Assembly (NCBI GenBank): GCA_032718475.1
Contig: JAUCBJ010008617.1
Coordinates: 16,932-80,931, forward strand
Length of the DNA: 64,000 bases
Direction: 5' to 3'
Source of the DNA: Nemertoderma westbladi
Lineage: Eukaryota > Animalia > Xenacoelomorpha
Shown here in pieces: positions 26,101 through 37,972 of the stretch. The notes below the pieces were generated by a model. The model had not been told where the DNA came from, did no database searches, and saw only the letters and a program-made list of their open reading frames with translations. Both the position numbers and the translations under genes were made by a program. The number at the start of each line of letters is the position of its first letter. Position 1 is the stretch's first letter.

Positions 26101-27248
26101 ACTGGTCGTTTTCCGGGATATGGGATCCGGGGTGACTGTAATGAGTGGTTGGTTGATAATAAGCTATCCATTCACTACGGTAAGACTGAAAGTATTTTGT
26201 TTGGTTCCAAAAGAAAGTTAAAGAAGGTAACTAAGTTTGAAGTCACTAGTAATGGACATAAGATTGAAAATAAAAAGGAAGTTAAATATTTAGGCGCCAC
26301 ATTGGATAACTGCTTATCAGGAGAAAGTACAGTGAAAAATATTTTTTCGAAAGTTAACAGTAGGCTTAGGTTTCTATACAGAAATAAAAATAGTTTAAAC
26401 ACCGACTCCTGCAAGTTACTTTGCTCTTCTTTAATACAGTGTCACATGGACTATGCGTGCTCTTCTTGGTATGAAGGCTTAACCAAACAGCTTAAATGTA
26501 AATTACAAGTAGCTCAGAATAAAGTAGTACGATTTATTAAAGACTACAAACCTAGGCACCACCTTACTCCAGATGACTTTTCTGAATCTGGACTACTTAA
26601 CTTAGATAGTAGAGTTAAGCAGCTTCGCCTTAACCATGTGCATAAAGTGTATAATGGTAAATGTCCCAATTACCTAAAACAAAAATTCAACAGAGTATGC
26701 GATACACTTTTACAGTACCAGAGCTAGTGCTTCAAACTTCTACCTCCCGAATTGTAAATCCTTCGAATCTGATACTTTCTTTTTTAACGGCATTAAAAAT
26801 TGGAACGCTCTGCCTAATGAAATAAAAAACCTAGATAATCAACATTCTTTTAAATCTGCAGTTAAATCTCACCTCCGGGTGTAATGTAAAAATAGGTACA
26901 ATACTCCTACAGTAAGTTATTAGTTTATTAATTATTTACTATTTATACTGTAATTACGTTTTATATTAAATTGTTCTGTACATTACATCTTTATCGTTGA
27001 GTCGGGCATTGTCACGCTCTCGGTAAAGTTGTACATGTACATAGTGTAATTACGTTTTATATTGGTTTTAGGTTAGCGTAGTGTAATATTGTATTTGTAA
27101 CCAAGTGACATAAAGGACCCCCTTGGAAATAAGCTGCAAAGCTTTAGGGGTAATCCTATATGTTATGTTGGACAATACCTTTATACCGGTACATTGTTTG
27201 GTGTATTTGTTATTGTTTTTACATAATGTATAAATAAATCTATCTATC
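20157..27248 (+). mobile_element. L2-group (Crack-like) LINE: leader, 2A motif, PHD, APE endonuclease, RT; frameshifted and interrupted by CR1
   Basis: GDIETNPGP; PHD Cys/His pattern; FNARSLLPK, ISETWL, YRPP, GDFN, SDH; [14 protein letters not shown]; C-terminus in 26136-26880; (TATC)n tail; TSD tatggg at 20151-20156 and 27249-27254. Confidence 0.9.
23014..26135 (-). mobile_element. CR1-clade LINE, 5'-truncated (APE + RT), antisense inside the L2/Crack RT
   Basis: ORFs 24615-26171, 23524-24642 and 23198-23665 (GLCETHL, YRPP, DYAKAFD, GVPQGS, FADD, TRGHRFKI, RVVNIWNDLP); (TCTTA)n tail; TSD ctgtaa at 23008-23013 and 26136-26141. Removing it restores ESCNEWLVDNKLS in the host. Confidence 0.92.
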
Positions 27249-27970
27249 TATGGGGGGACCGCACTGGAAATAAGTCATCAGACTTTGTGTGTAATCCCTG
27301 GCCTAGTGGCTGAAGAAAATTTACTTTATTTTGTCCCTGATCTTTGATGACAAACATCATCCTATGAGCTGTAAACATTATAAAAAAACCCAACATACTC
27401 GGGACGGTTCGGCATCTGACGAATCCAGAACTCATCATCAATATCCTCCAATCGCAGGGACCAAATTCTATCATTCTGATGGTTTGATTTACACACTGTC
27501 CAAACAAAGAACTCATCACTGCAGGCAACGCAACATGCATAAAGTCCATCTCATCCCACAGACCAACAACCATGTTACAAAATGTAAGCCGACCTCACGG
27601 TTTAGTTCAGTAACCAGCGGACGTTTAACAATGTGGAATAATGGTTTAAACCCTTGACTTTGGAGTTCCCTGTGGATGGAGCCAATACTTTTGACTTTGC
27701 CACGATTAAGAAGGATTTCTTTTTGGATGGCCCGCACTGATTTCTTAGGGCGGCCTGCACACTCAGCAAGAATATCCTTAGACTCTTGTGAAAGAGAAAG
27801 TGGTCTTCCAGTTATTTTCACCTTCCTGCAATTGTGTGGATCTCGATTCCAGTTTCGCTTCACAAAATCTTCACTACGCATTATCTTCTCGGTGATCTAC
27901 TTCTTTCATATTTGCACACCATTTGCCACAGCGGATATGCAGGGCAGAGACGCGCCCTGGCTGGTCCCTT

Positions 27971-28922
27971 TAATATGAATGGAAACAATAAAGTAGGACA
28001 TGGGGTCTTATTCCCTCAGATACTACCTAGCATTTAGGGCCACGTGGGCCACTCCACTGTTAGTACTCAGGCACTAAAGCCCATCAAAAAACAAAATACC
28101 AAATCGATTTTAGTGCTACATAACCCAACCCAACTACCACAAGAAAAATTACACCAAACCATACAGTAACTACAGGTTCCGGTAAGTATTGCACGAAATA
28201 GGCTATCCCATAAATTACGAAAAATATAGGACATTTTGTCCGCTGAAAAGGTAAGTCTAAGTAATAAATTTTATAAAAATAAAAGGGTTTCGGAGATTTA
28301 AACACTGAACCCTGGGATTCGTGGTTCTCCTCATCAGCAGTGTGCCACGAACCCCACCCCTACCCTAACAAAACTGCACCACTAAATTAAGACAATGACC
28401 AATAAATTAGAAATCCTACTGTAACACCAAACAGAGTTGAAACCACCCTCCCCCAATGTATGTTACCATCAGCCCCAAATGCATAAACGTGATTTCCCAC
28501 TGAATGCAACCAACCCCAATTAGCACCTACCAGTATGTACAGATAAATGATCAGATTTTTAAACAAAATTGCGCAGATGTCAGAAAATGCCCCTGTAAAT
28601 ATATAATTATATGATGTTAGACAACCACGACTTTAGAGGGATTGTGATATTAATATGAAAACAATAAAATAGGACATGGGGTCTTATTCCCTCAGATACT
28701 ACCTAGCATTTAGGGCCACTTGGGCCACTGTTAGTACTCAGGCACTAAGGCCCATCAAAAACAAAATACCAAATCGATTTTAGTGCTACATAACCCAAAC
28801 CAACTACCACAAGAAAAATTACACCAAACCATACAGTAACTACAGGTTCCGGTAAGTATTGCACGAAATAGGCTATCCCATAAATTACGAAAAATATAGG
28901 AAATTTTGTCTGCCGAAAAGGT
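27971..28922. repeat. Direct repeat of about 280 bp (27971-28252 and 28652-28922)
   Basis: Near-identical taggacatggggtcttattccctcagatact...ccataaattacgaaaaatatagga blocks, which also explain the twin ORFs 28084-28305 and 28745-28969. Confidence 0.9.
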
Positions 28923-28929
28923 TTTAATG

Positions 28930-29477
28930 TTAAAATGTTAATTTTGGTGCACCAAAAATGGCGAACCACTAAGTCTTCAGGCTTCTATATTACTTTCAAT
29001 CGATTCAGCGGGCCAGAAAACCTATAAAGATGCGTTGAAATAAAAAATTAGGGGCATTTTCTGAAATTGAAAATTTCAAAATTTGAAGTGCCACGCCCAC
29101 TTCTTAGGTGTACGAAAAATAGCATCCACTTCAATTTTTGGAAATGGAATATAATCACATTCGATTCAGCGTCTTGAAAAACCTACTAAATCTAGCCAAC
29201 ACTGCCACACTTAGTTTTTAGAAAACGAAAAGTTTTGTAATTTTGTCCTGGGACTACTTTTATTTTTCATCAAAATTATGATTCCCTGCTTATGAAATTT
29301 TACCTTTTTAAGGTTTGGTAGTGTTCATCTATAGTTGTTTCACCAACAGCCCAAATTTTGTAGGATTTCATTGGACGATTACAAAAATATAGTGGGTGGG
29401 CCGAATCGCCCCCCCCCCCCCCCCCCCCCCCCCTCTCCAGTGATGCTAATGGTCAAAACACCCCAGTGGTAATAGGG
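28930..29477. mobile_element. One end of a piggyBac-type non-autonomous element
   Basis: Ends ...taataggg|TTAA (29478-29481) after a poly-C tract, the same terminal architecture as 34147-35720. The other end was not found. Confidence 0.55.
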
Positions 29478-29919
29478 TTAACGAGACTAAAAGATTATCC
29501 CATTCATATAATACATTTTATTTTTTAACTTCTACGATATTTGATGATTTGTTAATATATTCGAATTATATTATATTTAACAATTATTAAATTATTAAAA
29601 TTATTAAATTATTAGAAATAAAATAAATTATTAAAAATTATAAAAATTCACATATGGGAAATTTAATTCCAGTTCAGTGTTATGGAGAAACCGGATTCCA
29701 CTACATTTAAAATATCTGCTTACCCTTTTATATAAGCGCATTAGACTGTCGAGCTTTGCACCAGCCCATTGATCTTTTTGTCCACTGTACTGGGCTAAAA
29801 CTCCTGTTCTGTTTGTTAATGAGATTTCTAGAACCTCCTTCTTGAATTGTTCTGCATCACCTGCAAGTATACCCTGAGAACCTCTTTTTCAAGTTGAGCA
29901 CGCTAGTTAAAGGCAATGC

Positions 29920-30230
29920 CTTTACACTCCAAACTCGAGAAAGCTTCGATGTTTCCCAGTACGATCGTCAGACGGCTCAGAGCTGCGATGATGAAGCTAG
30001 AATATTATTGCCAGCATATGTTTACGACCAACGGGAGCAACACAACTGATGCCCTTTATCTGACTGATAAGGATTACTTCCCATTAACACATATAATGTA
30101 TCAATGATTGTATCGATTTCGAATGCCTCATTTCTGGTGTTAACACTCCAGAAGTAGTGAAATTGTACATCATCTCCATCGTATCCATTGGCAGGTTATG
30201 AGAGTCGGCTTTGATAAATCCAGGCATAGG
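29920..30230 (-). pseudogene. Remnant of a SWIM/YqaJ-type accessory ORF of a DNA transposon (ISL2EU-like)
   Basis: Hand translation gives MPGFIKADSHNLP...PEMRHSKS and CVAPVGRKHMLAIIF*LHHRSSEPS...YWETSKLSRV, which resembles the GFxKAxSxNLP / CKH..WLHRRSEEPS..YW motifs. Confidence 0.5.
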
Positions 30231-30299
30231 AAGGAGCAGGAAACGGCATAATTATTTAAATAAAGATTGAAGATTGCTGTACCTACATCATACCTGGTA

Positions 30300-33140
30300 C
30301 ATGACCTACTATATATATGGCCTGACAGGCTGCCTTTTGAGGCCAATCAAAATGAGGCTACTTTCTTGACGCAATTAGTAGTTGAAAACAACTTAAATCA
30401 GGTTTCCATTTTTACTAAAATAGCAACTGCCAGATGAAACTGTGCAACTTGGTGTTTATTAAATTTCATTTATTTAATTCATTATTTGTGGTGATCCATG
30501 AGAGAAGGAATTTAGTGTATTATAGTATCACTATAGAATTATAGTATTATCAGTGTATTATAGTATAAGTATTATATATATATTATAGTAAATTATTCAT
30601 TATGGGGGTTTTCATTTCCGATCCTATTTTTTATGTTTGATAAAATCTGGGTTGTCTGTCTGTGTGTGTGTAAACCTGTCTGCTTGTCGGTCTGTCTGTC
30701 TAAAAACTAAGAAAACATACCACTTGCCTAAAATATTCATTATGGGGAGGGGGGGGGGGGGGGGGGGGGGTTCCTGGTCAGTGATTTCATGAGTTCAAAA
30801 CTTTTTAGTTTTAATTAAATCTGGAATGTCTGTCTGTCTGTCAAAATCCCAAAAGATAGTTATGCAGACAGATATTGACAAACTTAAAAACTGACATAGG
30901 ATATAAACGTAACTAAAATTTTCGAAATCAGGAAATAAATTACTGACTGATAATTGAACAATAAATATTTGAACAAATTTTGTTGTAAATTACGGTGGCT
31001 GAATTGTGCCACTTAATACTTTTTTTTATTTATTTTTTTAAGGGACTTTTTGGTAGACCAATAAGTACTTTTTGGTCGACTTTTTGGTCGACCAAAAAGT
31101 ACTTTTTGGCCGACCAATAAGTACTTATTGGTCGACCAAAAAGTCGACTTATTGGTCGACCAAAAATTCGACTTATTGGTCGACCAAAAAGTACTTTTTG
31201 GTCGACCAAAAAGTCGCTTCAAAAAAAAAATAAAAAAAAGTATTAAGTGGCACAATTCAGCCACCGTAGTAAATAATATTTAATTAATTATAATATATTA
31301 ACCATAACAATGAACACGAGCGTTGATTGTCAATTAAATGTAATAATCTATAAAGCCTTTTTACAAAAAGTTCCGCATCACTGTCATCAGACAATGATGC
31401 GAAAATAATTGTTTGCCTTGAAATTATCCATGAGTTTTTTTATTCATTCTCATAAATTTCAACATCAAGTTTGAGTTCATCCTCGTCCCAAAAATCTATT
31501 CCTGAATCCATCAATGTTTGCAGACGAAGTATTCTCTCAGAATTATTAACCTCCACATGTGAAACTAGAAATCACCCTCCGCTCATTTGACTATACTGTA
31601 ATTCCAACGGGTTTGAGTTAAAACGAGATGATAAGACGTAATCCATATCTTCTCGAAACTAACTGCCTTTCCTGTTTGAGGAGTAAGGGTGAAACCACAC
31701 CAGCATCTGTTGCTAAATTCCACAAATCAATCCAATCGGTTAATCCTCGAAGAAACTCAGTTTTATTATCACCATAAGTAACAGCATTACCCTGATAATT
31801 GCATTGGTGAAATCGTTGTTTCAAGTTACTGATTAACCACCATACATTGATGACATGTAAGAATTCTGCAGCAGGAGAATGATTTGTGAAATAGCGCTTC
31901 ATCACAGTGGATGATTTCTCATCGAAAATAGCTAATGCAAGAGGCACTGACTGTTTGTTGTTACTGGGATGTAGAGCATGATAGCTTAGGGCATATCAAC
32001 ATGGACAAAGTTTTTAAGGCATCTACCTCACCTCTCTGGAGTCTATTTAGCATTGAGTAAGAGACTAACTGAAAGGTGTTACACAATAATTTATAAACTT
32101 GTGCTGAAATGTAAGGCATCATTAGCAAAAATCGTATGAGATTATGTAAATATGGTGGTCTTTCAGATTTATCATACTTCTGTAATCGATACACTTCATT
32201 TCGATTCTTCATTCTTGGCTGTTTAATTATTGGTACTAGAACTTCCAGCGTCGTTGCTACTGGAATCATTGGGAAAGGTGATAAACTCCAATTAAGAACA
32301 ACATTTCCCGCTTCTGTCGATTTGAAGTAATGCTGCTCAAAATGATCGATGCACTTTCTCAAGTATGTAGTTGCATGGAAATCCTTTCGGTTCACGAATT
32401 GTACCCACTTGGTAAGCAACTCATCATCCTAAGGAAATTTATAATAAGGTTTACGAGGATTTCCCTTATATCCTGTTTTACAACCAAACACAGCATTTGT
32501 TGACCATGACCGATGGATGACCAGGCCATATAACATAGGATAATGTTGGTTAATACATAATAGTCAGATAGTACAAGTAGTACAGTAGCACAGCTGTATA
32601 GTAGTAGTAGCCTCGATGTCAGTGGTCCCAACCCCCAGGTGCGGACCACCGACCAACCAGTACTGAATGACTGGGCCATAAGGAAATAAATGAAAAATGA
32701 CTTACATTATTTTCGCTTGTCTTGCTTTAAAATTAAACCCACAGAACAAGCTAGAAAGCACAAACCCACATCTCTAATCAACTTTAATTTTGCAAACAAG
32801 AACAGTGGATTCACATATATTATCATAACCGACAACCAGTACAATGGTAGGCCTACCACATTTTTATGGGGGTTGTATTACTATTTATCCACAGTAAGTA
32901 GGTCGATGAAAATATTGTCTGTCATTATACCAGTCCATGGTGCAAAAAAATTTGGGGGCCACTGCATCTATGGTATAGCTCTGTCTCTGTGTACTGGTGT
33001 ATCTAAATTACCTTATGTAGTACCGGTATTACTGTATTAGTACATGTCAGCATACTGAAAATAGTGGCCTCATTTTGAGTGGCCTCAATCTCAAAAGGCA
33101 GCATGTCAGTCCTGTCAGGTCATATATATAGTAGGTCAAT
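30300..33140 (-). mobile_element. P-element-like transposon with a deleted THAP transposase
   Basis: TIRs tgacctactatatatatg(g/a)cctgacagg...tcaaaatgaggc; imperfect 7-bp TSD cctggta/ccaagta; THAP domain from about 32507 (MVNKC..GCKTGY..KFP..KWVQFVNR..CIDHFE); ALHPSNNKQSVPLALAIF..AEFLHVINVWW. Confidence 0.8.
30993..31266. mobile_element. Palindromic Tc1/mariner-type MITE with internal ~21-bp repeats
   Basis: TA|cggtggctgaattgtgccacttaatactttttt ... aaaaaagtattaagtggcacaattcagccaccg|TA, with internal ttggtcgaccaa units. Confidence 0.88.
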
Positions 33141-34146
33141 CCAAGTACCACAACCACTGATCCAGCACGGCAGGTACTGTACAGTAGTCCTGATTCGTTA
33201 TACTGTTATATCAGAATATGGTATTCCAATATTTGAACTGGAGTAATGTAATAATACTGTACAGCTGTACAATCTGGCTGTCCGGCTGGCAATACAGCAA
33301 TAGTGAAGAATCAGTTCCTATGCCTTTTACTAAATATTACTATCAGATTAGGTATTACATGTATTAACTTATTAGGTATATATATTACTGTATTATTATC
33401 AGAAGTAGGTATTAATTAACAATTACTGTAGTGGGTAGGCCTCGATATCGTACTTGAATCGGACTGACTGCTGACTGCAGTTGGCAAAATTTATTAAAAT
33501 ATAAATTAACAAAGTTTACATTTGACAACCTGAACATTTTATACTTAAATAAGAACAATATAGTGTAGTGTATAAATTAGAAATAAGCATATATGGCTCA
33601 TCTCCATGAATAAAGCAATGTATGACAATCTGGTTGATATGGCAATATTATTATTATTATTTAATAATTCACTAATAATATTAATAATATTATACTATAT
33701 TAATAATAATAATATTATACTTTAATAATATATGCAATAGCTGATTATTAACATTTAAAAACCCGGATCTACAGAATGACAGATCTACAGAACGACAGAT
33801 CTATAGGCACACTGACTGAGATATTGGTACCCATATGCTACGCTCCCTTACTTTCGTGGCTTACCCCACAGTTCCACATCGAGGATGCCTTATTACCCTT
33901 CTTGGTAACATAAATATAGCATTCTGTCATCCTAACTACCTGCTGGTGTACAGGTGTAGTTGGTCAGCTGTCAGAATAATGGGATCCAAGCTAAGCTTAT
34001 TGTTGCTGCAAGGCTCGAATCATTGATATAGTTTCGTTTTTGACAGAGCAAAATCTTGAATTCAGGGGACACCAAGGAGAAGCAATTTCCAATTTGTCGA
34101 AGAAAAGCACAATCCAGAATCATGGCAATTTTTTAGCCACTATTAA

Positions 34147-35720
34147 CCCTATTAAACCCGGGGGGGGGGGTCAATATGACCCCCCCCCCGTGGTTTTTTT
34201 ATTATAATTCTGAAACAAACGCAGTTGGGAATCTGAAATTTTATGACTTTTCCTAAAAATCTATTGTCTTCATGGTAGTGAAAACCGTTTTCAAAAATAT
34301 TGGGTACTTTTCGAGTTATAGCACCATTTTTTAACCCTACTTTTGGCACTTTTTTTGAGACGTTTTTTGAAAATTACATTTCATTAAATATGAATTGTAA
34401 CATCTCTATTTTTGATTTACACCGGTTTTTTGGTGTTAGAAATTGGATGGAATTCATATAAATTGATTTAGAAATTTCAAACTTGTTTTTTTCGATGGGT
34501 GCCAAATTTTGGTGCCAGCACCAAATTTTGAAATAAGTCAATTTTGTAAATTGATTGTTTGAAACTTGTTTTTTACGCAATTGGGGTTTTTTGGGGTTCT
34601 GGATTCGATGAAATATATACGAGTTGCACCAAGCGTATCAAACTTGTATTTTTCGGTGCTGTGTGCAAATTTTGGTGCTAGCACGAAATTTTGAAAATCC
34701 ATTCAATATATAAAATTGCTTGTGACAATTTATTTCTTGCGTTTTAGAGGTTTATGGCTGTTCTGAATTCAATGGAAAATATAATTATCGAACTAGACAT
34801 CTCAAACTTGTATTTTTCGGATGTGGGTGCAAAATGTGGTGCTAGCACCAAATTTTGAAAACCATCAAATATATCAATTGATTGTGTCACCTTGTTTCTT
34901 GCGTTATACGGGTTTGTGATGGTTCTGAATTCAATGGAATCAGTAAAAATTTCATAAGAGTTCTCAAACTTGTATTTTTCGCCGGTGGGTGAAAATTGTT
35001 GTGCCAGCACCAAATTTTGGAAAATATGCAAATTGATAAGTAGATAGTATCACCTTGTTTCTTGCGTTATACGGGTTTATGAGGGTCCTGAATCCGATGG
35101 AATCAATAAAAACAGCACTGGACATCGCAAACTTGTACTTTTTGGTGATGGGTACGAAATTTGGTGCTAGCACCAAAATTTGCCAAATTACGCCGAAAAA
35201 TACAAGTAGCAATGATCTGGCATATTAGAAATGTATTCCATTAGAATCAGCGCCCTCGAAAACCTGAAAATGTGAATTTATAGCATCGTATAAGTGAATT
35301 AAAAAAAAATTTGTGTTCTAACTGAAAAGTGCTGGTTACTTGTATATTTCATTTTTTTCCTACGCAGAGAGGACTAAACAGCCATTTACAGTAATCATAT
35401 CATTTCTAAATATTTTCCAATGTATTTTGCACCCCAAAAAACCTGTATTGAAAAATAATTAGCCGAAAATGTAACTTTCAAATTTTGTGAAAATTGTGCA
35501 CTACTTGTAATTTTGGTGCTGCAATATAACCACCCCAGTACATTTTTTCGAAAATTTTTTTTTTTCGGTCGGATCCAGACAAATGATACCTACGTACAAA
35601 CAAAAAATCAGACGTTTTCGTAAATATTTGTAGATTTTAGAGGGGGGAGGTCAATATGACCCCCCCCCCCCCCCCCCCCCCGGTATTTGTACAACATTTT
35701 ATAGCCTGGTACTAATAGGG
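34147..35720. mobile_element. piggyBac-type non-autonomous element with internal 165-180-bp tandem repeats
   Basis: TTAA TSD (34143-34146, 35721-35724); ccctatta...taataggg termini; gggtcaatatgacccc palindromes near both ends; about 5 repeats containing tggtgctagcaccaaatttt (34430-35190). Confidence 0.82.
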
Positions 35721-36092
35721 TTAAACTTTTAACCAATATGACACTACTTTGGCTCTGCACCAACTACAGTATAGTGAGGGGACAAACAATAAGAAACTGT
35801 TGCATCGTTTTCTTAGCAGCTTAGTAGTGGAACGTTCATCCATTACACACGCGGTTTGTAAAGAATGTCGAATAACAGATGACCTTTATATTTAAACGTA
35901 TATATACAGTATATTGTTTCAACCGTGCGAACAAACCGTATAGAAAGTTCAGCTGTGAGGAATGGAGAAATTGGGTGAAATCATGTTCATGTAAGGGTTA
36001 TTATACCAACAGTATTAGAAGAGTAGACTTAGACAAACATGTGATATTATTCTAGGCAGTAGAACATTGGGTTATGGTTTATACAGGGCTGC

Positions 36093-36290
36093 AGAGGACC
36101 AGCCTGTGCACAATCTTGTGCTTTGGCAGCCCCATGGAGAAAATAAGCGTGATGGACAGCCCATTACTTTCTTGAGATGCCTCTTAAAGGACACTGGCCT
36201 TGAATATGCGGATAATCTCGCGAAATTCATGGGGGATAGGGAGTTGTGGCGGTGCAGCTTTGTTGATAAGCCGGCATAGCAGTCTTAATG
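36093..36290 (+). mobile_element. 3'-terminal fragment of the same RTE family as 16670-16860
   Basis: EDQPVHNLVLWQPHG...DTGLEYADNLAKFMGDRELW, with clear nucleotide similarity to 16670-16860. Confidence 0.8.
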
Positions 36291-36801
36291 CACACTGCAT
36301 TGGGATTCCCAATTGTGGATTGCATGATGGTGACAAAATGTTTTTGTTAAGCTGGCATAGCATCACAATGTGCAGTTTCAATGCAGCAGGCTGATTAGCC
36401 TATAGTACTGTACAGTAGTAGTTGCTTAAGAATAGTCGGTCTGCTATTCGTGTCCATCCAACTGCACTAGCACAAGGACGAGTAGCTCTTAACATTAGGA
36501 AGTAAACGGATGCATGCTGTGTTGCTGGCCAACCTGCGGTACTGATAAGACTTGACTAAAAAATCGCTCTAGAAACCTGTCAATAAATAAATACAAATCC
36601 AACAAATGCTAAAGACATTGAAAAAATTATGAGTTTATTTCATTGGAGGTTTTATGTTTACATATTGTGAAATGCTTTTCAATATGATTTTAAAATGAAT
36701 GAATTTTATTTAATATTAAATCCTACCAGTAAAACTACTTTATTATTATAATCTACGATTCCTTATACAACATTTTTTCCACTCAAAATATACTGTATGT
36801 A

Positions 36802-37972
36802 CTGGGTGTTCCATAATGATTGCCCTCCCCCCCTGGCCAGCTAAAACTGCCAGACATGCACTTTAGTGTAATATACCATTCGAAAGATAATTTAATTCGG
36901 AGCTTGAATGCAAAAATGTAGGGTCCAATACAAAAGTATACAAATTTTATAGGCTATTCTTTAAACCTAACTTATTTTTCAATATTTTTGATTTAATCAC
37001 AATTAAAAAAATATAATTTATCCAGCGTTTGTCATCAGCTTTGCATCCATGTTTCCCCTTTGCAGCACGGGGAGCTCCTGGATAGTGGCAAAGGATGTTG
37101 GCATAAAGGGCCGTTTTGGTTTGAGTTCAGTTTGATTAAGTCACAGAATTAAAAATCCATGTTTCCTCCATTTGCATTGCGAACAGCAGTCACTCGTCTG
37201 GGAAACGTTGATAGAAGTTTATCAAACAAATCTCTGTCATCAGCCATACTTTCCAGCACAGAAATCAGGTGTTATTTGAGTACAACTTTGGAGTATCTCA
37301 TATTGGGTTGTTCGATCATCATTAAGTCTTCAACGCGTTGCTTGACAATAGCTCCTAAATCCTCTACTGGGTTTAGGTCAGGGGAATTTCCCGGCCACTC
37401 AATGTTTCCAAAGAAGTTAACACCAGATGCCAATAACAACTGCTGAGTTGAATTAGCTTTCATACAGGGTGCATGGTCATGAAGAAAGGTCGCTTCATTG
37501 GGGTCTATCATCACGTTATCAGGGTTGTCTAAGAAGGGCAGAACATTCTCAGCAAGAATAACCACCTTGTTTCACCTTGGTGTAGTGGTTGCATTGAATT
37601 CACATCTCCCGTAGGTCTTGGGTTCGATCCTCACATGGGCCAGTGCAGTTTTCGTTTCGGCACGAATGCTTTAAAGGGACCAGCCAGGGCGCATCTTTGC
37701 CTTGCATCTTTAAGTGGTAGCAAAATGAGTACTAGAGTTTCCTCTGGGGAGTAAAGTTATGGGGGGACCGCACTGGAAATAAGTCATCAGACTTTGTGCG
37801 TAATCCCTGGCCTAGTGGCTGAAGAAAATTTACTTTACTTTGTCCCTGATCTTTGATGACAAACATCATCCTACGAGCTGTAAACATTATAAAAAAACCC
37901 AACACACTCTGGACGGTTAGGCATCTGACGAATGCAGAACTCATCATCAATATCCTCCAATCGCAGGGACCA
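36802..37972 (-). mobile_element. Tc1/mariner DD37E-type transposon, copy 2 (partial, duplicated together with its flank)
   Basis: ORF 37272-37565 reads HD-HAPCMKANSTQQLLLASGVNFFGNIEWPGNSPDLNPV-E, with 37 residues between D and E. Near-identical to 19176-19960 and 27333-27462. Confidence 0.85.
37571..37841 (+). mobile_element. tRNA-derived SINE, copy 2 (uninterrupted)
   Basis: A and B boxes, body, stem-loop tail and (TTTAC)n end. Confidence 0.9.

Larger units (their letters stand above)
19965..27332 (+). mobile_element. tRNA-derived SINE, copy 1, split by a LINE (19965-20156 and 27255-27332)
   Basis: A box tggtgtagtgg and B box ggttcgatcc. The two halves rejoin to match the intact copies at 37571-37841 and 60641-60920. 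Confidence 0.9.
19176..27930 (-). mobile_element. Tc1/mariner transposon (DD37E-type), copy 1, interrupted by the SINE and LINEs; other end truncated
   Basis: TA followed by the ccgggtgttccataatgattgcc terminus; transposase pieces (SDEFFVWTV..NHQNDRIW near 27460-27530; HDHAPC..GNSPDLNPAEDLGAI near 19730-19865); HTH-region ORF 27516-27881. Confidence 0.8.

Noticed and set aside
26020-26135. N-terminus of ORF 26020-26727, and the first residues of ORF 24615-26171
   Set aside because: These are chimeric read-through across the CR1/L2 junction, not real protein termini.
27934-27973. Independent element at the Tc1 break point
   Set aside because: It is only a ~40-bp inverted fragment of the same SINE body, best explained as filler at a deletion junction.
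28084-28969. Duplicated small membrane-protein ORFs
   Set aside because: They are T-rich antisense frames of a 280-bp non-coding direct repeat, with no domain evidence.
31040-31215. CRISPR-like palindromic repeats (ttggtcgaccaa)
   Set aside because: There are no spacers; these are the interior of a TA-flanked MITE.
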